NCBI GenBank assembly: GCA_013151045.1 | Contig: JAADIY010000007.1 | Location: forward strand, 8,095-72,094 | Length of the DNA: 64,000 bases | Direction of reading: 5' to 3' | Origin: Gammaproteobacteria bacterium | Lineage (GTDB): Bacteria; Pseudomonadota; Gammaproteobacteria; GCA-2400775 | Notes under the pieces: generated by a model | What the model was told of the DNA's origin: nothing | The model's database searches: none | The model's input: only the letters and a program-made list of their open reading frames with translations | Shown here: one piece after another, positions 12,677 to 22,728 of the stretch | Position numbering within the stretch: the first letter of the stretch is position 1 | How the letters are laid out: each line of letters opens with the position of its first letter | Made by a program: the position numbers and the translations under genes

Positions 12677-13414
12677 ATGGCCAAACATAGACTTTATATC
12701 CCGAACAATCTTAGCGCCAACGCCACGCTAACACTGGACGCGGCAACCATTCATTACGTGCTTAATGTATTACGTCTACGTGATAATACAGAAATTGAGG
12801 CCTTTGACGGGCAGGGAAAATCTTATTCAGCTAATCTATGCATCAAGGGTAAACGCGATGCAGAATTAGTCACCAGCAATGAAGTTTTCTCTAGTACTGA
12901 ATCGCCCTTAAAAATTGAACTGCTACAAGTCTTATCCCGCGGTGAAAAAATGGATTGGACCATCCAGAAAGCCGTCGAACTCGGCGTCTCCTCTATTCGC
13001 CCTCTGACTAGCGAGCGTTGTAACGTCAAACTAGACACAAAGCGTTTACAAAGCCGTTACCAACACTGGCAGGGAGTCATCAATAGCGCTTGCGAGCAAT
13101 GTGGACGCAATGTAGTGCCTACATTAAAGCATTTGTTAGATATTACAGAACTGGCCAATGAAAATATTATTGCATCTGATCATCAATGGCTACTGCACCC
13201 TGAAGCAGAAGATTCACTAACAGAAAACAAGCTCGCGAAGATCAAATCTGTCGGTCTCTTGATCGGGCCCGAAGGTGGCTTCAGCAATAACGAAATTCAT
13301 CTATTGAGTCAATCAGGCTTTAAACAAAAATGTTTTGGCCCACGCGTTTTACGTACGGAAACTGCCGCTATCGCGGCAATAGCTGCAATACAAAGTCGAT
13401 GGGGTGACATGTGA
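12677..13414 (+). CDS. rsmE: 16S rRNA (uracil1498-N3)-methyltransferase RsmE
   Basis: 245 aa; C-terminal LIGPEGGFSNNEI...GPRVLRTETAAIAA knot-MTase motif. Confidence 0.85.
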   Translation: MAKHRLYIPNNLSANATLTLDAATIHYVLNVLRLRDNTEIEAFDGQGKSYSANLCIKGKRDAELVTSNEVFSSTESPLKIELLQVLSRGEKMDWTIQKAVELGVSSIRPLTSERCNVKLDTKRLQSRYQHWQGVINSACEQCGRNVVPTLKHLLDITELANENIIASDHQWLLHPEAEDSLTENKLAKIKSVGLLIGPEGGFSNNEIHLLSQSGFKQKCFGPRVLRTETAAIAAIAAIQSRWGDM

Positions 13415-13455
13415 AAGAGAGCGATAAGAGAGCCTTGAGAAATGACTGAGAGAAA

Positions 13456-14424
13456 TTACTGATAAAGCGCATTCAGCTGTTGTGCTAAATTTACCGGCGA
13501 TGCAACGGTAAGGCGGCTATCATTACAATCCTCTGCCAATTGTACGAAACTACCTGATAAGTCTTTATGTAGCCACACTTTCCCACCTGCATCAAAAATC
13601 CGCCTACAACCCGCCATGCCATCTTCACCTATCGCACTAAACACAATCGCTCCTGCCTTACTTCCATAGCGCTTAGCGACTACTGTCATCATCTGATCAT
13701 ACATTCGGTCGCAAGGCGAAATACTGTTTGGTAAGAGTTTATCCTTATCATCAATGGAAAAACATTTGCCATCGGCAATCAGCACTATAGAACCGTCGCG
13801 CAAAACGGTACCCTCTCTCATCGCTACGATAGAGTAATCTGTACAATGTTTTAGGTGGTTCGCCAACACATCAAGATGCTCTTCTGCTATACGCTGCATA
13901 ACAATAAAGCTGACTGGCAAACTCGGAGATAAAGCGCTAAAAAATTCTCGCAATGCTTCAGGCCCACCAAGCGAACCACTAAGCAGCCAGACATTCCCAG
14001 ACATTCCTATCTGATCAACCTCATATGCATCGGGCTTAGATGCATCGCTATCAACAGTAAAATCGTCCTTATCGGCAACCGGTTTTAGCTGAACAGCACT
14101 TAACACTTCAGCTAATTTATCGTTTAAGCGTTGCGACCAATTTGCGTCTTGCGAAGAATCATTAAATAAAACGGGGCGAACTTCTATACTAACGAGCTCA
14201 TTGAGGTGTGCTAACTGATAGTTATCTGCGCCATCAAGATCAACAACAATGGCATTGGCGTCATAGAATAGATTTGCACCTTCGGCACCATCAATCTGGC
14301 TATTGGACAATACCGCACTCTGACTTATTATCCAGCCGCACTGTTCAAGTGGCTCAGACAATCGCTGAACCGCCTCTGGTTTACACACCAGTAATCCTAA
14401 TCTATTCACAGCTTGTGTTGACAT
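13456..14424 (-). CDS. chpB: ChpB-like chemotaxis methylesterase (CheB catalytic domain with degenerate N-terminal receiver-like domain)
   Basis: 322 aa; C-terminal LSGSLGGPEALREFFSAL...FIVMQRI...LIADGK resembles the CheB Ser-nucleophile region; position last in the pilG-pilI-pilJ-chpA cluster. Confidence 0.65.
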   Translation of the reverse strand: MSTQAVNRLGLLVCKPEAVQRLSEPLEQCGWIISQSAVLSNSQIDGAEGANLFYDANAIVVDLDGADNYQLAHLNELVSIEVRPVLFNDSSQDANWSQRLNDKLAEVLSAVQLKPVADKDDFTVDSDASKPDAYEVDQIGMSGNVWLLSGSLGGPEALREFFSALSPSLPVSFIVMQRIAEEHLDVLANHLKHCTDYSIVAMREGTVLRDGSIVLIADGKCFSIDDKDKLLPNSISPCDRMYDQMMTVVAKRYGSKAGAIVFSAIGEDGMAGCRRIFDAGGKVWLHKDLSGSFVQLAEDCNDSRLTVASPVNLAQQLNALYQ

Positions 14425-14526
14425 AATTGCGTTAAGCGCTAGCCCTATACACTAAGCATCGACATATTAGGCATGAAACTTGAATAATAATCAATGTGGC
14501 ATCAACGCAGCGCGACCCAAGCATCA

Positions 14527-17500
14527 TCAGTCATTATCCATGAGACGTGTAACGATCTCATAAAGCTCTTCATCACGATACGGCTTATTCAACCACGCCG
14601 CAATATTGTACTGCCGTGACTGCTCTTCATCATATTCGCTAGCGCTGATCAACACTACCGGTAAGTCACGATACTCTGACTTTGCGCGCAAGCTCTCAGC
14701 CAATTCGAGGCCACTCATTTTTGGTAACTGTAAATCAGATAGCAATAAATCTATTTTTATTCGATTAGATAGTTCAAGCGCTTCCTCAGCAGTCTTGGCA
14801 ATTTTTACTTGGTAGCCATAACCCTCCAACACTTTCTCGCAGTAGCGTCGCATAGTCAGCGAATCGTCGACTAGCAAGATAGTTTTTCTGATCACAGCAG
14901 ACGCTTCATTGCTTGTGTGATTCCCATCAGAAGAATGATTCAATTCAAGAAAGAATACGGGGTTTAATATCGGCACCAAACCACCCTCTTCAAGCAAACC
15001 TATTCCAGCCAAATAATCAGCATGCTTTAATTGATTACTCCGCTCTCCACTCAGAATGTTTTCGCTACCTTCAACAGTATCAACAATCAAAGCAAATCGA
15101 GCATTATCATCATTCAGCAATAGCGCCTGCTTATTAGTGTTGTCATGAGATTGGCTTTCAATCTGTAGCAATTCTCCTAACTGACCACACTCGTACACTT
15201 TGTCACCAACAGACAGTGTCTTCTCAACATTATTCGCGTCAACGGCAATAACATCTATTTGTCCTGGCAAAGCGAAACGCTGACCAGCGACCGTGATAAT
15301 TGTGGCCGGCATCAAAGCAGCCGAATAAGGCAAACACAAGGTAAAGCAAACGCCTCTACCAAATTCATTGCTGACCGAAATTGTTCCACCCAGCTCTTCT
15401 ATTCCTGCTCGTACTGCGTTAAGACCTACGCCTCTTCCCGATACTTGAGTGACTTGCGTCTTCGTTGAGATGACACCGTCAAATAATAAATCAATCGCCT
15501 TTTCTTCACTATAAGGCTCATCATCTCTAACTAAGTTTTGCTTTAGCGCTTTACGCCATATTCGACGCGTATCAATACCCGCACCGTCATCGGCAATAGC
15601 AATGGATATACCTATAACACCAACCGAGCAAGCTAAACGAATCGCAGCACGCGCTGGCTTCCCTGCGTTCAATCGTATCTCTTCTGTCTCAATACCGTGA
15701 TCAACCGCATTACGTAATATATGGCCTAATATTGCTGAGATACGGCGCAACATCACACGATCAAATTTAATCTCTGTATCGCCAATATATAAAGCAACGT
15801 TCTTCTCTAGCTGTGCTGAAGTTTGCTCAACCAAGCGCTGATACTTATTCGCATCAAAGCCAATTCCAACCATGCGCGCATCAACTAGCGACTGGCGTAT
15901 AAAAGACGTCGCCGCTGACATGTCATCAAGACGAGTCTCTATATTACCGACACGACGCAGCACTTGATTCGTCGCCAAACGCATATCACTTATTGCTTCA
16001 GCCAAACGTACTTTTTGATCCGATGATGTTGAACTATCATCGAGCTCTGACGACAAACGATAAATAGTCCCATCAAGCTCAGCAACTACTGCCATGGCAT
16101 TGCTCACTTCATCAAATAACGCAGTTTGTCCAACAAGCTCTTCAGCATTAAGCTGAAATAAGCGATGCAACTGGGCATCACTTATTTGAAAATGATCTTC
16201 ATTACTTTCTGTTGAAATGATGATAGGTTCAGAGACATCTTTATTAGCAACTCCAGCTGTTTGCTCTGACACTACGTTCGAGTGATTTTGAGCAACTTCA
16301 TTATCACTCGATCTCGACGTGAACCCAAGCATATGGCGCATGCTATCAATAGATTGCTCAAACGAATCTATTAACTGTGGTGACGACGGCAATAATCCAG
16401 ATTGGATAGACGACAACATCGACTCTAAGCCATGACATAAATCGCCGATATCTCGATACCCAGCCACTAACGAACTGCCTTTGAGCGTATGCAGCGAGCG
16501 TTGCAAGGCATTTATAGACTCATCAGCACTATCAGAAGAGTGCCAACGCGCTAATTGTGCAACCATCTCATCAAGTAGCCCCGAAGCTTCTTGGGTAAAG
16601 CTCTCGACAATATCCAAATCAACATGTTGACTAATAGTAGTAATATTAACCGAACGTTGACTCTCCTCCTTTTCATCAGGTTCGGGCGCATCATCTACGA
16701 TACCTTGATCCGACAGCGACAATAAATCTGAAGTTTCAAGCAACGAATCAAAGTCATCTAATAAATTTTCAGTTTCTTCGATAAACTCATTCACCGGCAT
16801 CGGTGCTTCGTCATTAGTTGCTTCATGCAATGTCAATTTATTGCTATCTACTGCGGCGTGTTCCAAATCAAGCTCAGCAAAGCGGGTTTCTGACAACTGC
16901 AATAAGCTTTCAACATTTAACGACATCGCGGCACGCGCTTGTGTAATCTCATCCAACGAACACGCCAGCGCAGCAACCCCTTCGGCAAAGGTCATATAGC
17001 GATTAGTATCTAAATCCCGAACGCTCTCATTGGACTCCCCGCCCGATGTACTTTGCAATTCCACAAGATAGCTTTGCGCGCTCGCACATAATTCTCTATG
17101 TTTGTCTAAACCAACAAGTTCAAAACAACGCATAACACGATAGCTAATATCATAGGCATGAGACAAGGCATTAGGGTTGGCTGATTGATCTCGCAACCAT
17201 GCTTCTAGAACTTGCTCCATGCTTGCTAATTCATGTCGGCATTCGGCCAAGGCCTGACGCGTGGAATCATCTTTGAGAGCAGATAGATCATCTAATGGTT
17301 GTCTACTGCCATTGGCCAAATCCTTTATCTTGCGGCCACGCCCACTACGGCGGTCGCGTAGACCATAACGGCCTAATATTCCTAATACACGCTCACTATG
17401 CTGATAAGCATTGGTGGCTATATGGAAAAGCGCTTCTTTAGTTAGCGCTGTCGGCACGTAAGCTGTATCAGAAACTGCCAATTGTCGAATGTAACGCTCG

Positions 17501-18210
17501 ACATGGGCCAACAAAAGCCGCACTGATTGGCTGACCTGTGAACAACCACGCTGCGAATCTATCAGCGCTGCAATCACTTCAAAAAACTGGATATGTGGCC
17601 GTTCCACTGCTGCCAACCTCAAGCTATCTGTAATGGCAACCAGAACATTAATTGAATCAGGGTTCTCACAATCCTGATACCAGGCTAACAGCGCAGCCTG
17701 AAACTGATGTGCCTGTGTTTTCGCTGCCTCGATAAACTTATCTAAAGTTGCATGGAGATTTTGATTCACTGGCACAACATCAAGATCAATGGTGTGCACC
17801 TCGCTTGCGGTAACAATCTGAGCACCACGCTGCTCACGCAAGGTATTTATGACAGTCAACAAATGGTAATTCATATCTGCCGTAAGCGATGGCTTCTGCA
17901 CTGCTTCATCTAGCTCGACCAGGGCATCTTTAACCAACATTAAAACAGCAACTTTTTTAGCACCTTGCGCACCCGCAGCAACTGCCAAGGCCTCGCCAAG
18001 CTCTCGCGCCAGCAATGCAGATGCTTTGCTGGCGAGCATACTCAATGCACCGCTAACGCGTTTCAGCTCTAGCGCAAAGCCCTCTAGCTCTGCAACCGAC
18101 AAACACTCCTGTTTATCAGTGACGAGCTGTCGGCATGCCGCAATTATTTGCAATAATTGACGGCCAACTTCATGCTCTGCAATGAGGCAATTGCTGTGTG
18201 AATCCGTCAT
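14527..18210 (-). CDS. chpA: ChpA-like hybrid CheA histidine kinase (Hpt, HATPase, CheW-like, C-terminal REC)
   Basis: 1227 aa; Hpt motif HTLKGSSLVAGYRDIGDL, HATPase SGRGVGLNAVRAGIEELGGTISV, C-terminal receiver LLVDDSLTMRR...DLLLSDLQLPKMSG. Confidence 0.85.
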   Translation of the reverse strand: MTDSHSNCLIAEHEVGRQLLQIIAACRQLVTDKQECLSVAELEGFALELKRVSGALSMLASKASALLARELGEALAVAAGAQGAKKVAVLMLVKDALVELDEAVQKPSLTADMNYHLLTVINTLREQRGAQIVTASEVHTIDLDVVPVNQNLHATLDKFIEAAKTQAHQFQAALLAWYQDCENPDSINVLVAITDSLRLAAVERPHIQFFEVIAALIDSQRGCSQVSQSVRLLLAHVERYIRQLAVSDTAYVPTALTKEALFHIATNAYQHSERVLGILGRYGLRDRRSGRGRKIKDLANGSRQPLDDLSALKDDSTRQALAECRHELASMEQVLEAWLRDQSANPNALSHAYDISYRVMRCFELVGLDKHRELCASAQSYLVELQSTSGGESNESVRDLDTNRYMTFAEGVAALACSLDEITQARAAMSLNVESLLQLSETRFAELDLEHAAVDSNKLTLHEATNDEAPMPVNEFIEETENLLDDFDSLLETSDLLSLSDQGIVDDAPEPDEKEESQRSVNITTISQHVDLDIVESFTQEASGLLDEMVAQLARWHSSDSADESINALQRSLHTLKGSSLVAGYRDIGDLCHGLESMLSSIQSGLLPSSPQLIDSFEQSIDSMRHMLGFTSRSSDNEVAQNHSNVVSEQTAGVANKDVSEPIIISTESNEDHFQISDAQLHRLFQLNAEELVGQTALFDEVSNAMAVVAELDGTIYRLSSELDDSSTSSDQKVRLAEAISDMRLATNQVLRRVGNIETRLDDMSAATSFIRQSLVDARMVGIGFDANKYQRLVEQTSAQLEKNVALYIGDTEIKFDRVMLRRISAILGHILRNAVDHGIETEEIRLNAGKPARAAIRLACSVGVIGISIAIADDGAGIDTRRIWRKALKQNLVRDDEPYSEEKAIDLLFDGVISTKTQVTQVSGRGVGLNAVRAGIEELGGTISVSNEFGRGVCFTLCLPYSAALMPATIITVAGQRFALPGQIDVIAVDANNVEKTLSVGDKVYECGQLGELLQIESQSHDNTNKQALLLNDDNARFALIVDTVEGSENILSGERSNQLKHADYLAGIGLLEEGGLVPILNPVFFLELNHSSDGNHTSNEASAVIRKTILLVDDSLTMRRYCEKVLEGYGYQVKIAKTAEEALELSNRIKIDLLLSDLQLPKMSGLELAESLRAKSEYRDLPVVLISASEYDEEQSRQYNIAAWLNKPYRDEELYEIVTRLMDND

Positions 18211-20225
18211 GACTCGACCTTCTGTTGCGAATCATTTTCAGCAACAACATTGACCTGAGTAGCAATAAGCTTATCCAACTTCCTAACACATAGGTCACTT
18301 TCTGTCGCCGCCACTAACAAACGCTGGTTACCATCTTGCAACTCATCCAAAACTAAGGATATAGTTTCTGTATGCCGCGCCTGCGAACGATCTGCTCCGG
18401 CAATTGCACGGGCAAACTCTGACGTACTTACATCGACCTTATTAACCTTACTTAGAACACTAGATTGAAAATGGTCAAAAAGCTCTGGAACACCTTCAAT
18501 TTTTTCTATTTGTTGTAGTAACGAACTCATGCTCGATGTCATATCAACCAGCAACTGCATAATATCGTTAACCTGACCGTGATAACGCCCTGTTAGCGAC
18601 TGCAAGGACTCCATCGCCCTGCGCACAGCTCGATCACTACCCGGCCTACCCGCTAATGACGTACTGGTATCAATGACTTCTAGATTAATGCGTTGTGACA
18701 ATTTGGCTAAGGAGTGCAATCGATCATCAATGTGCTGCTGTAACTGACGCACAGCATGCGCGGTAATATCTGTTGAACCACCTTTTTCACTATCCGACAA
18801 TTGCAATGCTGCCTGATCAATATGTTGAATTAGCGATTGTAACTGTGATTGGGTCTGCACTAGATGACCCGCTAATTCAGTTGAAGCAGAAGTCTGCCCA
18901 GAGACTATATTACTTAGCCCAACACTCAGGCGCGCGATATCATTTGCTTGGCGATCAATAGTCGCCACCATACCCGCCTCGGCCTTAGCCAAGCCTTTGA
19001 CTAATGGCAAAAAGTCTTTTTCTATTTGCTTATCAAGCAAACCTACATAAGCTACCATTCGATTAGCCTGACCTGCCAAATGCCGACAATTTATCGATTC
19101 AACACGCACAGTAATCGCATGATCGCCTTCAGAAAAAGCCGCCATCTGCCTAGAAATATTATCAATCCCTTCCTGCGTGCTATCTTTTTCAATAGATAAG
19201 CTGACTCTTTCAGCATCCACCGTTCGCACATGACAATAAGCCATATACAACAGCCACAACATGACTAATGCAATAGCAAAATATAGCGACAACCGTTCTT
19301 TAGTGAAACCCTTGGTTAACTGTAGTCGATCTTTTACCAACTGCTGAACTGGCGTTATTAGTAAGCCACTGTCCTCAACAAGCAATTGCACATGCTTATT
19401 AATATCCTGGGTCACAACAAGAGAGCCCATCACTTTACGAATACTAATAGCCAACTCCGCCAAACGTTGTGCTATCGCATTAATTTTCAATAATAGTGAG
19501 ACATCTGAACCATCTTGCTTAGCCTCCTCTAAAGCCTCTTTGTTATCCACAGACATAATCTCGAGACTTTTTTCTAGCAAGAACAAATCGGCTTCTATCG
19601 AACTTGTCAGGGCCGCGCGCGCATTGACATTAACTGCACTCAGTACACTGGCTGTCGCAGCATTGGTATTAGCCGCCATTCGTTGTAAAATGATGCGCTG
19701 CTCACGCAGCAATCTCAAACTTGCTGGTTTTCTTAAAGCGACGCGCAATTCATCTATAACAAGATTATGTTCAGTTAATACATCTGGAAGACGCTGATCT
19801 GTATCTTCAACAGCAATTCGTAGATCAGACAATTTGTCCTTGCTTGACAACAAACCCATTACTGCCTCGCGCACTGGCTGCCAAATATCGCTTAGCTGTT
19901 TAAATGTCTGCCACGAATCACTAACATCTTTTTGATAACTAGGTCTCAACACATCTAAGCCTTGCTGATAGCCCTCAACACTTGATGCCAGTTTTTCAAA
20001 TGCATTCAGCTCGAGCTGACTAATAGCAACCGCATGACTTGCCATTAAGGCTGATTGCGCATTAAGGCTGAATAATTGCTCAACATGAGCTTCGCTCTCT
20101 GCGCCTTGTTGATGTAAGAACCAAGCCGCTACACCCACCTGCAATAGCAAAGCTATTAGCAAGGCTACGTGCCAACGCTTATTACCGTTGAACAACGTTA
20201 ACAGATAATGAAAAAAATCATGCAT
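18207..20225 (-). CDS. pilJ: PilJ-like transmembrane chemoreceptor (MCP-like architecture; signalling domain divergent)
   Basis: 672 aa; two TM segments flanking a ~270-aa periplasmic domain, post-TM region resembling PilJ (MAAFSEGDHAITV), long coiled-coil cytoplasmic domain; sits between pilI and chpA. Confidence 0.6.
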   Translation of the reverse strand: MHDFFHYLLTLFNGNKRWHVALLIALLLQVGVAAWFLHQQGAESEAHVEQLFSLNAQSALMASHAVAISQLELNAFEKLASSVEGYQQGLDVLRPSYQKDVSDSWQTFKQLSDIWQPVREAVMGLLSSKDKLSDLRIAVEDTDQRLPDVLTEHNLVIDELRVALRKPASLRLLREQRIILQRMAANTNAATASVLSAVNVNARAALTSSIEADLFLLEKSLEIMSVDNKEALEEAKQDGSDVSLLLKINAIAQRLAELAISIRKVMGSLVVTQDINKHVQLLVEDSGLLITPVQQLVKDRLQLTKGFTKERLSLYFAIALVMLWLLYMAYCHVRTVDAERVSLSIEKDSTQEGIDNISRQMAAFSEGDHAITVRVESINCRHLAGQANRMVAYVGLLDKQIEKDFLPLVKGLAKAEAGMVATIDRQANDIARLSVGLSNIVSGQTSASTELAGHLVQTQSQLQSLIQHIDQAALQLSDSEKGGSTDITAHAVRQLQQHIDDRLHSLAKLSQRINLEVIDTSTSLAGRPGSDRAVRRAMESLQSLTGRYHGQVNDIMQLLVDMTSSMSSLLQQIEKIEGVPELFDHFQSSVLSKVNKVDVSTSEFARAIAGADRSQARHTETISLVLDELQDGNQRLLVAATESDLCVRKLDKLIATQVNVVAENDSQQKVES

Positions 20226-20227
20226 GC

Positions 20228-20773
20228 TTATAACGCGCTCAAGTCTTGAGTTGAGCCAACTGGCTGCGCCACCAACGTATCATCAACAGCATCGAGAAAA
20301 CGTTCCTCAACAAATAGTTTATAGACATCAAATTCGTCATAACACTCGCCATCAGCACAACGCTGACCTTGCATATATTGCTCGATATCCAATGGATAAA
20401 ATGATCGCTGACGTTCACACGGCTGACATTCAATCACCCCGTGTACGGCATCCACTATCAAACCAAAATGATCGCTACCATGCTTGAATAATAAAACCCG
20501 ACTAGACTCTTGCTTTGAAGCCGCAGGCATTGCTAAATATTCACTCAAGTCAGTAATGCTAGCAATGTAACCATGAATACTTGCTACACCAGAAAACCAT
20601 GATCGACTGAAAGGCATTGGCACGATGGCTGGTAACGCACTGATTGCTAGCACATGGTCTTTTGCGACAGCAAAACGGTATTCACCACAGCTAAAAATGG
20701 CGTATAACAAAGCATTTGCGCCATGTTCCCGATCGACTCTGCGGCGATCGCTATAGCGACGACGATCCTCCAT
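20228..20773 (-). CDS. pilI: CheW-like coupling protein PilI
   Basis: 181 aa; CheW-like core (WFSGVASIHGYIASITDLSEYL...GLIVDAVHGV); position between pilG and pilJ. Confidence 0.75.
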   Translation of the reverse strand: MEDRRRYSDRRRVDREHGANALLYAIFSCGEYRFAVAKDHVLAISALPAIVPMPFSRSWFSGVASIHGYIASITDLSEYLAMPAASKQESSRVLLFKHGSDHFGLIVDAVHGVIECQPCERQRSFYPLDIEQYMQGQRCADGECYDEFDVYKLFVEERFLDAVDDTLVAQPVGSTQDLSAL

Positions 20774-20775
20774 TT

Positions 20776-21195
20776 CTATACCCTATTTATGCTGCGGTTG
20801 CTTACGTCAACATGGCGTCGAACCATGTCTAATAATTCATCTCGACTAAATGGCTTAACTAAATAGTCATCTACCTGAACCACCCGACTGCGCGCACGAT
20901 CAAATACTCCGCTTTGAGCAGACAATAAAATTATCGGTATCTTGCCAAAACTATCATTCTGCTTGACCAATACGCAGGTCTGATAACCATCAAGGCGCGG
21001 CATATTGATATCTAGAAAGATTAGATCAGGCTTTTCATCGACAATCTTAGTTAATACGTCGAAACCATCCTCAGCGACAACGACTCGACAACCTGCAGCG
21101 CCCAACAAAGCGGACACGGCATGCCTGATAGTTTGGCTATCATCGGCGATTACTACCGTAACTCCGTCGAATGGTCTCACTTTATCCATTTTCAA
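20776..21195 (-). CDS. pilG: twitching-motility response regulator PilG (CheY-like)
   Basis: 139 aa; very close to P. aeruginosa PilG (VVIADDSQTIR...DINMPRLDGYQTC...YLVKPFS). Confidence 0.85.
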   Translation of the reverse strand: MKMDKVRPFDGVTVVIADDSQTIRHAVSALLGAAGCRVVVAEDGFDVLTKIVDEKPDLIFLDINMPRLDGYQTCVLVKQNDSFGKIPIILLSAQSGVFDRARSRVVQVDDYLVKPFSRDELLDMVRRHVDVSNRSINRV

Positions 21196-21412
21196 TGCTA
21201 CGCCTAAATTCTCTACTTTATAGTGTCCTGCAATACTATCGGCCCAAATCCACCATAAAATGAATCTAGATCAAATTAAATGGCAAATAAGCTGCCAACC
21301 GATAAATTTAAGGTTTTCATATTGTTACGGTCGTTTCTGTACCTGTAAGTCGTCTTCGCCTAGCACGACTTATCAGCTACACTATCGGCAAATTACCCTC
21401 GGATCGTGAACA

Positions 21413-22720
21413 ATGAGCATAGAAAACCTGCACGCAGTGCCCAATCTCACTACAGTATTGACCGGTCCACTACGTGAAATTGAGCAACATCTGCTCAACC
21501 AGCAAGCTTCGATAGAAAACTGGTTTCGCAATCAATGGCGCAAAACACCTGCGCCTTTTTATGCTTCCGTAGATTTACGTAACGCTGGGTTCAAGCTCGC
21601 ACCTGTCGACACCAATCTGTTTCCCGCTGGGTTTAACAACCTTAACCCCGCTTTTATGCCACTGTGCATCCAAGCGACCCAGTCAGCGCTAGAACAAATC
21701 TGCCCAGATGCCAACAATGTACTTATCGTCCCTGAGAACCACACCCGTAATACGGCTTATTTTGAGAGCCTGGCCATGTTACAAAACATTCTCAGCAAAG
21801 CCGGTTATACGGTAAAAATTGGCTCTATTAATCCTGAAATTACTGAGATACAGACTCAAAAACTTGCCTCAGGTGATGAGTTAACACTGCATCCGTTGAC
21901 ACGCATTGGCAATAAAGTTTCAGTAGAGGGCTTTGAACCCTGCCTCGTGTTGCTCAATAACGATCTCTCCGGCGGCACACCTGAAATTCTCGAAAATATT
22001 GACCAAACCATTATTCCACCGATGCGCTCAGGTTGGGCCCATCGATTAAAATCGGGGCACTTCGGTCACTATCAACAAGTTGCCGAGTCATTTGCCGAGC
22101 AAATCGGCATTGACTCATGGCTAATTAACCCGCTGTTTACCACCTGCGGTGAAATCAACTTCATGAAACGCGAAGGCGAAGATTGCATCGCTCACAACGT
22201 CGGTAATTTACTCAAGGCAATTCAAGCAAAGTACGATCAATACGGTATTGAAGAAAAACCCTTTATCATCGTCAAAGCCGACGCCGGCACCTACGGCATG
22301 GGTATTATGACCATACATTCAGTTGAAGAAGCACGCGAACTTAACCGCAAACAACGTACTAAAATGTCAAAGATCAAAGGCGGACAGGCGGTCTCTAAAG
22401 TGATCTTACAAGAAGGCGTCTATACTTTTGAAAGCTGGGGCAATGAACAAGCTGTCGCCGAACCTGTCGTCTATATGCTCGACCATTTTGTCGTTGGCGG
22501 TTTTTATCGTGTGCATACAGGTCGTGGTCGCACAGAAAACCTCAATGCTCCAGGCATGCACTTTGAACCGCTAGCCTTTGCCGAACCATGCAATTCGCCA
22601 GATGAAAAAATGTCTCCCGACGCTTGTCCAAATCGATTTTATGCCTACGGTGTTATCGCTCGCCTAGCGCTACTCGCCGCCGCTCGTGAAATCGACGAAC
22701 TAAAACGCAGCGACGCTTAG
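21413..22720 (+). CDS. gshA: glutamate--cysteine ligase (short proteobacterial GshA family, probable)
   Basis: 435 aa; immediately upstream of and co-directional with gshB (9-bp gap); recalled similarity to the ~430-aa non-E.coli GshA family; family assignment from memory only. Confidence 0.55.
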   Translation: MSIENLHAVPNLTTVLTGPLREIEQHLLNQQASIENWFRNQWRKTPAPFYASVDLRNAGFKLAPVDTNLFPAGFNNLNPAFMPLCIQATQSALEQICPDANNVLIVPENHTRNTAYFESLAMLQNILSKAGYTVKIGSINPEITEIQTQKLASGDELTLHPLTRIGNKVSVEGFEPCLVLLNNDLSGGTPEILENIDQTIIPPMRSGWAHRLKSGHFGHYQQVAESFAEQIGIDSWLINPLFTTCGEINFMKREGEDCIAHNVGNLLKAIQAKYDQYGIEEKPFIIVKADAGTYGMGIMTIHSVEEARELNRKQRTKMSKIKGGQAVSKVILQEGVYTFESWGNEQAVAEPVVYMLDHFVVGGFYRVHTGRGRTENLNAPGMHFEPLAFAEPCNSPDEKMSPDACPNRFYAYGVIARLALLAAAREIDELKRSDA

Positions 22721-22728
22721 GTTTCATT

